From: an uncultured Clostridia bacterium
GTDB lineage: Bacteria; Bacillota; Clostridia; Christensenellales; UBA1242
DNA: 46,087 nucleotides
Assembly: GCA_944364445.1 (NCBI GenBank)
Contig: CALVWC010000003.1
Location: 1 to 46,087, forward strand
Direction: 5' to 3'
The position numbers and the translations under genes are program-made. The notes under the pieces were generated by a model. That model was not told where the DNA came from and did not search any database. It saw only the letters and a list, made by a program, of their open reading frames with translations. Every line of letters begins with the position of its first letter. Position 1 is the first letter of the stretch. This document shows, piece by piece, positions 18,749 to 28,393 of the stretch.

Positions 18749-19684
18749 TTATAGGAAGATAAAAACTAGGGCGAGAGTGATTAGCGCGCTGATGATGCCG
18801 TGAGTTAGTTTTTGTAAGGCAAAAAGGCGAACTGGCATTTTAACTTTGTTTAAAAGCGTTATGGATTGAAGTAAGGTGCTTATACCTCCAAAACTTATCA
18901 CAAAACTTGCTAGTATAACGCCAAGTTTAACGTTGCTTAAGGTGGATAAACTTAAACAGCCCTTTGTGATTTCAATAATTCCCTGTAAAAAGAAGGAAAT
19001 ATTATCTGGCAATAAGGAAAATATTGGAGAAAAACATTCAATTATAACAAAAAATATGGCTATGATTGCACCAACTGAAAGAATGGAAAGCGTGGAAGAA
19101 AGAACGATGTCGGACAGATTAAATTTCTTCTCTTCCACTTCTTTTTCATTGTTAATTTCCTTTTCTTTCACTTTGATATTTTTGTAAATAATTCCGTTTA
19201 TAAAGGCAGAAAGAACATGAGAGATGAAAAGAATATATCCAATTTGCGCGCTATGGAACATCCCCACACCAACTGCACCAATAATAAACATTGGCCCACT
19301 TGTTGAACAAAATGAACTCATGCGGAAGGCATCCTCTTTTGTTATCTTTCCCATTTCATAGTTATCGGCAATCATTTTTGAGCCAACTGGATAGCCAGAT
19401 AGTATTGCCATAAGAAAGGTGTAGAAGGAAATTGATGGTGTGCCAAAAACTTTTCTTGTGAACTTGCCAAAGGGTAGTTTTTCTATTTGACCTAAACTTG
19501 AAAGCACGCGTGTGAAAAACATAAAAGGCAGAACGCTTGGCAAAACATTAAACGCCCAAGCAGAAATTCCATTTAAGCCAACTTGAATAAATTTCGCTGG
19601 AAAGATAATCATATTCACAAGAAAAAAGAGAACTAAGATGGTAAATATGGTTTGCGAAAAGTTTTCCTTTAAAAGTTTTTTCAA
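18749..19684 (-). CDS. ylbJ: Sporulation integral membrane protein YlbJ
   Basis: W..NVLPS.LPF, LSGYPVGSK, SGPMFIIGAVG, G.IEITKG, ISFGGIS...Q; AAGGAG SD before TTG 19684; divergent from pta. Confidence 0.88.
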   Translation of the reverse strand: MKKLLKENFSQTIFTILVLFFLVNMIIFPAKFIQVGLNGISAWAFNVLPSVLPFMFFTRVLSSLGQIEKLPFGKFTRKVFGTPSISFYTFLMAILSGYPVGSKMIADNYEMGKITKEDAFRMSSFCSTSGPMFIIGAVGVGMFHSAQIGYILFISHVLSAFINGIIYKNIKVKEKEINNEKEVEEKKFNLSDIVLSSTLSILSVGAIIAIFFVIIECFSPIFSLLPDNISFFLQGIIEITKGCLSLSTLSNVKLGVILASFVISFGGISTLLQSITLLNKVKMPVRLFALQKLTHGIISALITLALVFIFL

Positions 19685-19817
19685 AATAACTCCTTTTTTA
19701 TTTGACAAAATTTTTATGTGTGGTTATAATTTAAATTAAGTTGGATTTGTCCAAAATTTTTCTTATATGTGCAATATATTTTATTTTGCGAATGAAGAAA
19801 AAAGAAGTGGAGAAGAT

Positions 19818-20816
19818 ATGTTTAAAATTAAAGATTTGATTAAAGAATCGAAAAGGCTTCAAAAAACCATCGTTTTTCCAGAAGTTAGTTTTTCAGACAG
19901 AACTTTGGAAGCGGTTAAATATCTTCAAAAAAAGAAGATTTGTAAGGTGCTTTTGGTGGGCGACGCCAGCGCGTTAATTCTTCGCGATAAGGATTTGGAA
20001 AAATTTGAAATCGTCAGCCCTATCACTTTTCCAGACAGAAAAAAACTTGTGAAAACTCTTTATGAAAAGCGTAAGGATAAAGGTATGACTTTGGAAGAGG
20101 CAGATGAACTTGAAAAAGACCCTTACTATTTTGCCACTCTTTTGGTGGAATGTGGATATGCAGACGGCATGGTGGCAGGTGCTGAGGCATCAACCGCAAC
20201 AACAGTTAGACCAGCACTTCAAATCATCAAATCAAAAAACAAAAAGCCAGTTTCAAGTTGCTTTTTAGTGTATGGCGACAACAAGTTTTTAAAGGGCAAA
20301 GCATTAATTCTTTCGGATTGCGGTGTGATTGAAAAACCAGACAGCGACACACTTTGTGCTATTGCAGAAGCAAGTGTTAAAAGTGCCAAACAGTTTAAAA
20401 TTGGAACGCCAAAAGTTGCCTTTCTTTCTTACTCCACAAAGGGTAGTGCCAAAAGTGACGATGTCACAAAAGTTCGCGAGGCTTACGAAAAATTTCACAA
20501 AAAAAATAAGGATGTTTTGTGCGACGGCGAACTTCAATTTGATGCTGCAATGGTGCCAAGCGTCAGTGAACATAAAGCACCAAAAAGCGAAATTAAAGGC
20601 GACGCCAACATTTTGATTTTTCCAGATATAAACGCAGGAAATATATGTTATAAGACCACACAATACATCGGCGGATTAACAGCGATTGGACCAATTCTTC
20701 AAAATCTTAAAAAACCTGTTAACGACCTATCTCGTGGGTGCAATGTTAATGATATTGTGATACTTAGTGTGATAACATCTTTGCAATGTGAAGATGAAAA
20801 TAAAAAAGGAGAATAA
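19818..20816 (+). CDS. pta: Phosphate acetyltransferase
   Basis: IVFPE, RPALQII, LSYSTKGS, DGELQFDAA, GNI.YK, PVNDLSRGC. Confidence 0.95.
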   Translation: MFKIKDLIKESKRLQKTIVFPEVSFSDRTLEAVKYLQKKKICKVLLVGDASALILRDKDLEKFEIVSPITFPDRKKLVKTLYEKRKDKGMTLEEADELEKDPYYFATLLVECGYADGMVAGAEASTATTVRPALQIIKSKNKKPVSSCFLVYGDNKFLKGKALILSDCGVIEKPDSDTLCAIAEASVKSAKQFKIGTPKVAFLSYSTKGSAKSDDVTKVREAYEKFHKKNKDVLCDGELQFDAAMVPSVSEHKAPKSEIKGDANILIFPDINAGNICYKTTQYIGGLTAIGPILQNLKKPVNDLSRGCNVNDIVILSVITSLQCEDENKKGE

Positions 20817-20817
20817 T

Positions 20818-22029
20818 ATGAAAATTTTAGTTATTAATGCAGGAAGTTCATCGTTGAAATATCAACTTCTTGACATGGAAAAGGAAAAACTTATTGCCAA
20901 AGGTAATTGCGAAATGATTGGGCTTGCTGGTTCCGTGATTTCATATAAGCATGATGGCAAAGAGGAAAAATTTAAAGGCGCACAAAACCATGAAGAAGCA
21001 ATCAAGAAAGTTTTAGATATTTTGGTGGACAAAGATAAAGGTGTGATTTCTTCTTTTAAGGAAATTGACGCCATCGCTCATCGCGTGGTTATGGGTGGCT
21101 ATATTTTTGACAAAAGCGTGCTTATCACTGAAAAGGTTATCAAGGATATTGAAAAACTTTCATCCATGGCGCCACTCCACAATCCAGCAAACGCAATGGG
21201 AATGAGAGCGTGCAAAAAAGTTATGCCAAAAACACCTCAAGTTGCAGTGTTTGACACAGCGTTCCATTCCACTATGCCAGAAAAAGCATATATGTATGGT
21301 ATTAAATTTGAGGACTATAAAAAATTCCATTTAAGAAAATATGGCGCACATGGCACAAGTCACAAGTATGTTGTTGAACAACTTGCAAAGACCTTGAAAA
21401 AGGATGTTGGTGATGTTAAGGCGATAACTTGCCACCTTGGAAATGGTAGCAGTATAACCGCTATTGAAAACGGAAAGAGTGTGGACACATCCATGGGCTT
21501 AACTCCACTTCAAGGGCTTGTCATGGGCACTCGTTCGGGCGACATTGACCCAACTTTAGTGCAATTTTTGTGTAAAGATAAGAATATGACCGTTGACGAG
21601 GTTATCACATATCTCAATAAAGAATGCGGACTTCTTGGAATTTCTGGTAAGTCCAGTGATATGCGTGAAGTTGAGGCGTTTGCAGATAAGGGCGATGCAA
21701 GAAGCAAACTTGCACTTGATATGCTGACATATTCTGCAAAAAAATATATTGGAACATATCTTGCCGTTTTGAATGGTGCTGATGCCATTGTGTTCACAGG
21801 TGGAATTGGTGAAAATAGACCAGAGATGCGTGAGGCGATTGTAAGCAACATGGAAAATCTTGGAATTGTGCTTGATAAAAAGAAGAATGACAACTTTAAA
21901 CGCGGTCAAATTGAACTTATCTCTTCCAAAAAATCAAAAATCAAACTTTTCGTCATTCCAACTGATGAGGAACTCATGATGGCTCGCGAAACAGAAGAAA
22001 TTGTTAAAAATTCAAAAAAATCTAAATAA
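20818..22029 (+). CDS. ackA: Acetate kinase
   Basis: INAGSSSLKY, APLHNP, VFDTAFH, HLGNG.S, FTGGIGEN, PTDEE. Confidence 0.96.
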   Translation: MKILVINAGSSSLKYQLLDMEKEKLIAKGNCEMIGLAGSVISYKHDGKEEKFKGAQNHEEAIKKVLDILVDKDKGVISSFKEIDAIAHRVVMGGYIFDKSVLITEKVIKDIEKLSSMAPLHNPANAMGMRACKKVMPKTPQVAVFDTAFHSTMPEKAYMYGIKFEDYKKFHLRKYGAHGTSHKYVVEQLAKTLKKDVGDVKAITCHLGNGSSITAIENGKSVDTSMGLTPLQGLVMGTRSGDIDPTLVQFLCKDKNMTVDEVITYLNKECGLLGISGKSSDMREVEAFADKGDARSKLALDMLTYSAKKYIGTYLAVLNGADAIVFTGGIGENRPEMREAIVSNMENLGIVLDKKKNDNFKRGQIELISSKKSKIKLFVIPTDEELMMARETEEIVKNSKKSK

Positions 22030-22103
22030 AACTTGACAAATCAAATATTATGTTGTAAAATAATATGGCAAAATGAACGAAAATAACTAAAAGGAGAAAT
22101 AAA

Positions 22104-22298
22104 ATGGCTGTTCCAAAGGGGAAAGTTTCAAAACAGAGAAGAAATACAAGAAATTCCGCTAACTTTAAGGCAGAAAGCGTTTCGCTTGTTGAGTGTCCAA
22201 AGTGCCACGAACTTAAAGCACCTCACAAAGTTTGCAAAAAGTGCGGAACTTATAAGAATGAAACTGTTGTTGAAGATAAGAAAAAGAAGAAAAACTAA
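22104..22298 (+). CDS. rpmF: 50S ribosomal protein L32
   Basis: MAVPKGKVSKQRR...CPKC...PHKVCKKCG.Y. Confidence 0.96.
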   Translation: MAVPKGKVSKQRRNTRNSANFKAESVSLVECPKCHELKAPHKVCKKCGTYKNETVVEDKKKKKN

Positions 22299-22317
22299 TC
22301 TATTGATTTTTCAATGG

Positions 22318-22347
22318 TCCTATCATCTTGATAGGATTTTTCTTTTT
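22318..22347 (+). terminator. Intrinsic terminator after rpmF
   Basis: TCCTATCA-tct-TGATAGGA + T tract. Confidence 0.75.
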
Positions 22348-22417
22348 ATATATCTTTAAGTAGAAAATTATAAACAAAAATTTGATTTATTTTCATAATA
22401 AATGGTATAATATGAAT

Positions 22418-25400
22418 ATGAGTAATAAGTTATCAAAATTGAGTTGTTTTTTTATTTCATTTATGGCAGGCATAATTTGCCTTTTTTCTTTTAATTTTTC
22501 AAATTTCACGCAAGCAGAAACCTATGATATGGGAACTTATGAAGAGTTTAATAAAGGTCTAACGAGTTTGGTTAATGAATTTGGCTTATATCACGAAGGC
22601 GAGGAATATACTCTTTCTTCCGATTTAACAAGTGAAATTGATGGAGAAAGATATGTTTCAGCAAGTGCATTAAATCTTGAGGGTGAAGAGGTGGCTTTGT
22701 CGTCGCTAGACGAAAACTTCTATGAAGTTGAAAGCAAGGAAGATGAAATTGTTGTTAATGAGAAAAAATACACAAATCGCATAATCGTTTATTATGAAGG
22801 TAATCTTGAACCATATAACACCAAAAATTATGTTGAGGGTTTAGGCTACCATATCTATCAATATACCTCTCGAGAAGACACAATTGACGCATATAACTAT
22901 TATTCCAGCCTTGACTATGTTGAAAGTGTTGGGTATGACGATGTGGTGACCGCTTCCGAAATAGCTTTCACTGAAAGTTCTTCAGAATACTATTCTTGGG
23001 GTGCAGAAGTTATTGGAGTGCCTGATTTTATGGCTTACTTAAAATACACTGTGGATGATTTTCCCACCGTTTACATTGCAGTTTTAGACAGTGGAATTAA
23101 CTCTCAGCATTTTCTTTTTGAAAATCGAATTGCAAGTGAGTATGGCAGAAATTTCACAGGTGGCGCACAAGATGATTTTGAGGACGATTTTAGACATGGT
23201 TCGCATGTTTCTGGAATTATTGCAAATTTAACATTAGATAATGTGAAAATTATTCCTCTTAAAGTTTTAGATGACACTGGAAATGGCACAGTTGCCATGA
23301 TTCTTGACGCCATTGAATATGTGGAAAATTTAAACTCAAAAGAAAAACTTAACATAAGATTTATGAATATGAGTTTGGGTGTTGAAGATGAAAATGGTGG
23401 AGTTTATAATAACTATACCTTGGAAAGATGTGTAAGCCGTGTTTATAACAACGGAAATGGCATAACAAGTGTGGTTGCTGCTGGAAATAAGTCCAGTGAC
23501 ACAAACACCTCTTCACCTGCAAATATCAGCGACTCTTTCGTGGTTTCGGCTTTGGATGAAGATTTAACGCTGGCGTCATACTCTAATCACGGTTCAACGG
23601 TGGATGTTTCTGCACCGGGGACAAAAATAAATTCTGCTAGTAATGTGGGCGATTTAATGCGAGATGACAGCGGAACAAGTATGGCAACGCCTCATGTGAC
23701 GGCAGTTTTTGCTCTTCTTTTATCAAGTCCAACTTATGCCTCTTACAGCAACTTGCAACTGGAAGAACTTGTGAAAGATTACGCGATTGACCTTGGTGAT
23801 GAGGGGACTGACAAATATTATGGTGCTGGCTGTGTGAGTGTGGCAGATATCGGCGTTTCAACTGTTGGCGAGGTGGAATTTATTGAAGATAATTCCAATG
23901 AGGGATACAGCATTATAACTCTTTCCTATCCTGACGCTACCGATTATAAAATTTATTACACTGTTGATGAGTCATTACCAAACTCATCTTCCACTTTATA
24001 CACTGACCCAATCGTTGTTTCCAAAACCACAAAAGTGACAGCGATTGCGTATGTTGTCAGCGAAGGTGTTGTTTTGCAAAAAAGTGCCTTGTCGTCAAAA
24101 ACTTTCTATTTTAACAACGAGGACCTTGATAGTGCGTTCAAAGTTTCTGGAACGCTTCATAGCGGAACTTTGGAAGAATACACTGGCAGTTTAACGAATT
24201 TAAAGATAAATTCATATATTAATGGCTATTATATCACATCAATTTCTTCCTTTGCATTCAGTGGAGTGGAACTTGAAAGCATCACTTTGCCAATTTCCTG
24301 CACAACAATTTCCAATCATGCGTTCTATGGTCAAGCAAAATTAAAAGAAATCACAGGTTCATATGTTGAAAGTGTTGGCGAATATGCTTTTTCAAACTGC
24401 ACAGACCTTGAGATTGCAAACTTATCTAGGGTGGAAATTATTTCCGATTATGCCTTTAAAGATTGCACATCGCTTGTTGGTTTTAATGCTGGTTCGTCAA
24501 TTACGCAAATCGGCGACTATGCTTTTCAAGGATGTTTGAGTTTAAAAGAATTAGATATTCCTGATGTGCAAATTGTTGGAGAAAATGCTTTTGACAATGT
24601 GACACTTGACACTCTTACAATGGGCGGAAATGTTAGTTCTTTCGGCAATATGAAAAATTTTCATGCGGGAACAATTTATGCTTATCTCAATTCAAGTTTC
24701 GACGATTTATATTATGAATATGCCGACAATGTTGTTGATTTAAGTATGCGTTTTTTGACCACTTTGCCAGATAGAATGGTTATTAAAACCAACAGCGACG
24801 CATCATTTACCATAGATTATTATGGTGCATATATATCTTATAATCAATCAAATTTTCCTTTTTTTCAAACTGGCACATATTACACTTTCACCACTAAAGA
24901 CGGCTCACAGAGTTATGATTTATCAAACCAATTTTCAGAAATAAATGAAAACACCTATCGAGCCACTTTCTCTTTAAGTGGTCTTAAAGCAAATAGTTAT
25001 GTTTTCAGCATGACTCTTGTTGATGACTATGGCAATACGCTTGTTTCAGAGTCTATGGATGTTTTAGTCATCAATAGTGAGATTGAGGAACACACCTTAA
25101 ACTTTGTTGCTGGAAGGTATCAAGTTTATATTGATGGGCAACTTGCCACCAATTCTTACACTTTGTTTAATGGAATTGAATATAATGTGGAAGTTGTTGC
25201 ATATGACGGCTATGAAATCACCTTGGTTTCTGCAAATGGTGAAGAAAAAAGCGAGAACTTTTCCATTTTAGTTAAAGAGGATCTAACTCTTGACATTCAA
25301 GTTGAAGAAAAAAAGCAATTTAATGTTTCATTCACATTTGACGAAGGAGCAAATGTGCTTGTGGGTGGTAAGCAGTCAAGTGAAATAGTTATAGACCGCG

Positions 25401-25915
25401 GAGAAGATGTGGAGTTTACAATCGAATTAGAAGACGGCTTTAAATTAACTTCTGTCACAATTAATGGTAAGGAACAAGATTTAAACACCAATTTCACGCT
25501 AACAGACATTATGACAGACTATGTTGTGGAAATTACAACCACAAAAGAAGAATATGAGGTTTTTGTGAATTATGGTAATGGTGGCAAGGTGTCGTCGCTT
25601 GGTTCTATGCAAACCGTTTCTTATGGTGACTCGGTTGAACTTGTCATAACGCCAGATGATGGGTATGAGATTTCACGCGTGCTGGTGAATGGCGAAGAAG
25701 TGGTGGTTTCTGATAATATTCTCACACTTTCCAACATAACCTCTAATCAAAACGTGGTTGTCGAATTTAAGGCTTTAAATGATGAGGACAATTTAAAAAA
25801 TTCTGTGCTTATTTGGTTTGGCGTGATTGCAGGAATTTTTGTTGTGCTGGCTGTTTGCTTGATTATTTTGAATGTTTCAAATAAAAAACAAAAGAATTAT
25901 AAAAATCATGTGTAA
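22418..25915 (+). CDS. Cell-surface S8 (subtilisin-like) serine peptidase with FN3-associated, BspA-type LRR and InlB-B-like repeats and a C-terminal TM anchor
   Basis: Signal peptide; VLDSG, HGSHVSG and GTSMATPHV triad; IYYT.D.S.P...S.LY..PI; IG.YAF..C..L repeats; PDDGYEI..V.VNG repeats; C-terminal TM and basic tail. Start 22412 or 22418. Confidence 0.9.
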   Translation: MSNKLSKLSCFFISFMAGIICLFSFNFSNFTQAETYDMGTYEEFNKGLTSLVNEFGLYHEGEEYTLSSDLTSEIDGERYVSASALNLEGEEVALSSLDENFYEVESKEDEIVVNEKKYTNRIIVYYEGNLEPYNTKNYVEGLGYHIYQYTSREDTIDAYNYYSSLDYVESVGYDDVVTASEIAFTESSSEYYSWGAEVIGVPDFMAYLKYTVDDFPTVYIAVLDSGINSQHFLFENRIASEYGRNFTGGAQDDFEDDFRHGSHVSGIIANLTLDNVKIIPLKVLDDTGNGTVAMILDAIEYVENLNSKEKLNIRFMNMSLGVEDENGGVYNNYTLERCVSRVYNNGNGITSVVAAGNKSSDTNTSSPANISDSFVVSALDEDLTLASYSNHGSTVDVSAPGTKINSASNVGDLMRDDSGTSMATPHVTAVFALLLSSPTYASYSNLQLEELVKDYAIDLGDEGTDKYYGAGCVSVADIGVSTVGEVEFIEDNSNEGYSIITLSYPDATDYKIYYTVDESLPNSSSTLYTDPIVVSKTTKVTAIAYVVSEGVVLQKSALSSKTFYFNNEDLDSAFKVSGTLHSGTLEEYTGSLTNLKINSYINGYYITSISSFAFSGVELESITLPISCTTISNHAFYGQAKLKEITGSYVESVGEYAFSNCTDLEIANLSRVEIISDYAFKDCTSLVGFNAGSSITQIGDYAFQGCLSLKELDIPDVQIVGENAFDNVTLDTLTMGGNVSSFGNMKNFHAGTIYAYLNSSFDDLYYEYADNVVDLSMRFLTTLPDRMVIKTNSDASFTIDYYGAYISYNQSNFPFFQTGTYYTFTTKDGSQSYDLSNQFSEINENTYRATFSLSGLKANSYVFSMTLVDDYGNTLVSESMDVLVINSEIEEHTLNFVAGRYQVYIDGQLATNSYTLFNGIEYNVEVVAYDGYEITLVSANGEEKSENFSILVKEDLTLDIQVEEKKQFNVSFTFDEGANVLVGGKQSSEIVIDRGEDVEFTIELEDGFKLTSVTINGKEQDLNTNFTLTDIMTDYVVEITTTKEEYEVFVNYGNGGKVSSLGSMQTVSYGDSVELVITPDDGYEISRVLVNGEEVVVSDNILTLSNITSNQNVVVEFKALNDEDNLKNSVLIWFGVIAGIFVVLAVCLIILNVSNKKQKNYKNHV

Positions 25916-25967
25916 AATAGTTTTATTTCTTGCACAAGGTGTGATATAATAAATTTAGGAGGGGAAA

Positions 25968-26546
25968 ATGAGCACTGGCACTATTGTTGCGATTGTGATT
26001 GTGGCAGTTGTTGTGCTTTTGGCAATTATTTTGATTGCATGGATTGTTGCAACTTACAACAGTTTCGTGAAAATGAGAAATAATGTCGATGAAGCATATT
26101 CCACAATGGATGTCTATATGAAAAAAAGATATGACTTGATTCCAAACCTTGTGGAAACTGTTAAAGGATACGCAACGCACGAAGAAAAAACTTTGGAAGG
26201 GGTTATGGCAGCAAGATATTCTTGCATGAACGCTAACACTCCTCAGGAAAAGGCAGAAGCAGAAAATATGCTCACTGGCACATTGAAATCGCTTTTTGCT
26301 GTTTCCGAAAACTATCCAAACTTGAAAGCTGACCAAAACTTTATGGATTTGCAACAATCTTTAAAGACTTTGGAAGAGGAAATTGCAACTTCAAGAAAAT
26401 ACTATAACGGCTGTGTTAAAACTTACAATGTTAAAAGAGAAACATTTCCAAGCAACATCATTGCAAAATGGTTCAAGTTTGAAAAACGCGTGCTTTTTGA
26501 AATTGCAAACGAAGAAGAAAGAAACGCTCCAAAAGTTCAATTCTAA
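25968..26546 (+). CDS. lemA: LemA family protein
   Basis: N-terminal TM, YN......N.V..A, KRYDLIPNLVETVKGYA.HE, E.YP.LKA..NF, FPSNIIA. Confidence 0.95.
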   Translation: MSTGTIVAIVIVAVVVLLAIILIAWIVATYNSFVKMRNNVDEAYSTMDVYMKKRYDLIPNLVETVKGYATHEEKTLEGVMAARYSCMNANTPQEKAEAENMLTGTLKSLFAVSENYPNLKADQNFMDLQQSLKTLEEEIATSRKYYNGCVKTYNVKRETFPSNIIAKWFKFEKRVLFEIANEEERNAPKVQF

Positions 26547-26550
26547 GAAG

Positions 26551-26575
26551 ATAAGGCTTATGCCTTATTTTTTTT
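26551..26575 (+). terminator. Intrinsic terminator after lemA
   Basis: ATAAGGC-ttat-GCCTTAT + T tract. Confidence 0.8.
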
Positions 26576-26684
26576 ATAAATTATTGTCAAATTGTGTTTT
26601 TTGTTAATTTCTTTGACTTATTTTCTATATTTTGTTATCATAATTATGCATAGTGTATGCAAATATTTTTTGTTGAGGTATGAT

Positions 26685-27701
26685 ATGAAAGTTGTTGTGG
26701 ATGCTTTTGGCGGAGATAACGCACCACTTGAAGTTGTGGAAGGTGCGGTGAACGCTGTTAAAGCAAATAAAGATTTGACAGTTATCTTGTGCGGTGATGA
26801 AGCGAAAATCAAAGAAATTTTGAATGGCAGAACGGAGAGAATTGAAATTGTTCATGCCAGCGAAGTCATCACAAATGACGATGCACCAACTGTTGCGATT
26901 AGGCAGAAAAAAGACTCCTCTCTTGTGCGCGCGTTTGACATTTTGAAGGAAGATGAAAGTGTTATTGGCTTGGTTTCGGCAGGAAGCACAGGGGCGATTT
27001 TATCTGGTGCTATTATGAAAATTGGCAGAATTAAGGGAATTTCTCGTCCTGCTCTTGCACCAATTCTTCCAACAAAAAAGGGGAGCGATGTTATAATCAT
27101 CGACAGCGGAGCGAATGTTGATTGCAAAAGCATCAATCTTCTTCATTTCGCCATTATGGGCAGTGCTTATTACTCTATTGTTGAAAATGTTAAATCGCCA
27201 AAAGTGGCACTTTTAAATAATGGTAGCGAGGAGCATAAAGGCAACGAACTTGTGAAAGAAACCTATCCTCTTATGAAAAAACTTCCAATCAATTTTGTGG
27301 GAAATTGCGAGGGTAAGGAAGTTATGTCTGGCGATGTGGATGTGATTGTGACGGACGGATTTGCTGGAAATGTGCTTTTAAAGGGCGTGGAAGGCACAGC
27401 AAGCGCCATTCTTTCTGTGCTTAAGCAGGAGATTAAATCAAGACCAATGTCGATGATAGGTGCACTTTTTATGAAAAAGACCTTTAAAAATATCAAGAAA
27501 AAGTTGGATGCAAATAAGCATGGAGGCGCGCCATTCTTGGGTTGCAAAAAACTTGTGGTTAAAAATCATGGCTCATGTGGCAGAGATAACATCACAGCAT
27601 CCATTAACCAAGTCATTAAACTTCATGAAAATAATTTGATTTATAAAATTGAAAATATGATAAGCGAAATGACGGAAAAAGTTGAGGCTTCAAATGATTG
27701 A
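26685..27701 (+). CDS. plsX: Phosphate acyltransferase PlsX
   Basis: VDAFGGDNAP, SAGSTGA, RPAL, DSGANVD, DGFAGNV.LK, GGAPFLG, K.HGS. Confidence 0.95.
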   Translation: MKVVVDAFGGDNAPLEVVEGAVNAVKANKDLTVILCGDEAKIKEILNGRTERIEIVHASEVITNDDAPTVAIRQKKDSSLVRAFDILKEDESVIGLVSAGSTGAILSGAIMKIGRIKGISRPALAPILPTKKGSDVIIIDSGANVDCKSINLLHFAIMGSAYYSIVENVKSPKVALLNNGSEEHKGNELVKETYPLMKKLPINFVGNCEGKEVMSGDVDVIVTDGFAGNVLLKGVEGTASAILSVLKQEIKSRPMSMIGALFMKKTFKNIKKKLDANKHGGAPFLGCKKLVVKNHGSCGRDNITASINQVIKLHENNLIYKIENMISEMTEKVEASND

Positions 27702-28314
27702 TGAGAAATTAAAAATTAAATTTAGGGATAGAAAATTAATTAACAGAGCGTTAACCCATCCGTCAAAAAGCAAGGATAACTATCAGCGTTTAGAATTTTT
27801 GGGTGACAGCATATTAGATTTTATAGTGGGTGAATATCTGTTTAAAAATTCCAATTTCGATGAAGGAAAATTAACTGTTCTACGCGCTCATTATGTGTCG
27901 GAAGAAAATTTGGCAGAGTGTTTCAATAAACTTAACATTGAAGATGAACTTATTTTAGGTAAAAGTTTGCAAAACAAAGTGTCAAAAGCAATCAAAGCGG
28001 ATGTTATGGAGGCTGTTATTGCGGTTATATATCTTGAAAATGGGCTGGATTTTGTGCGTGATTTTCTTGTTAATGTTTTGGAACTTGACGGATTTAAAAG
28101 CGTTGAAAACACCAACTATAAATCGCAACTTCAAGAACTTGTGCAAGCAAATTTTAAATGCACAATGCAATATGTGACTGTTAAAGAGGGCGACATCTTC
28201 ACTTCACAATTTTATATGGACGAGGACCTTGTGGCAACGGGTTATGGAAATGACAAGATGAGTGCAGAACAAAATTGTGCATATGTTGCCATAAATAAGT
28301 TGTTTAGTGATTAA
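27694..28314 (+). CDS. rnc: Ribonuclease III
   Basis: ALTHPS, RLEFLGDSIL, ADVMEA, C-terminal dsRBD NYKSQLQE...AEQ. Confidence 0.93.
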   Translation: MIDEKLKIKFRDRKLINRALTHPSKSKDNYQRLEFLGDSILDFIVGEYLFKNSNFDEGKLTVLRAHYVSEENLAECFNKLNIEDELILGKSLQNKVSKAIKADVMEAVIAVIYLENGLDFVRDFLVNVLELDGFKSVENTNYKSQLQELVQANFKCTMQYVTVKEGDIFTSQFYMDEDLVATGYGNDKMSAEQNCAYVAINKLFSD

Positions 28315-28393
28315 AATTCTTGTATTTTGTTTTTAAATTTTTTCAAAATATGCTAGAATATTGTAAAGGTTTACATCATTAAAGGAAAAAGTT

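Noticed and set aside
25923-26357. 144-aa minus-strand ORF
   Set aside because: Antisense shadow of lemA.
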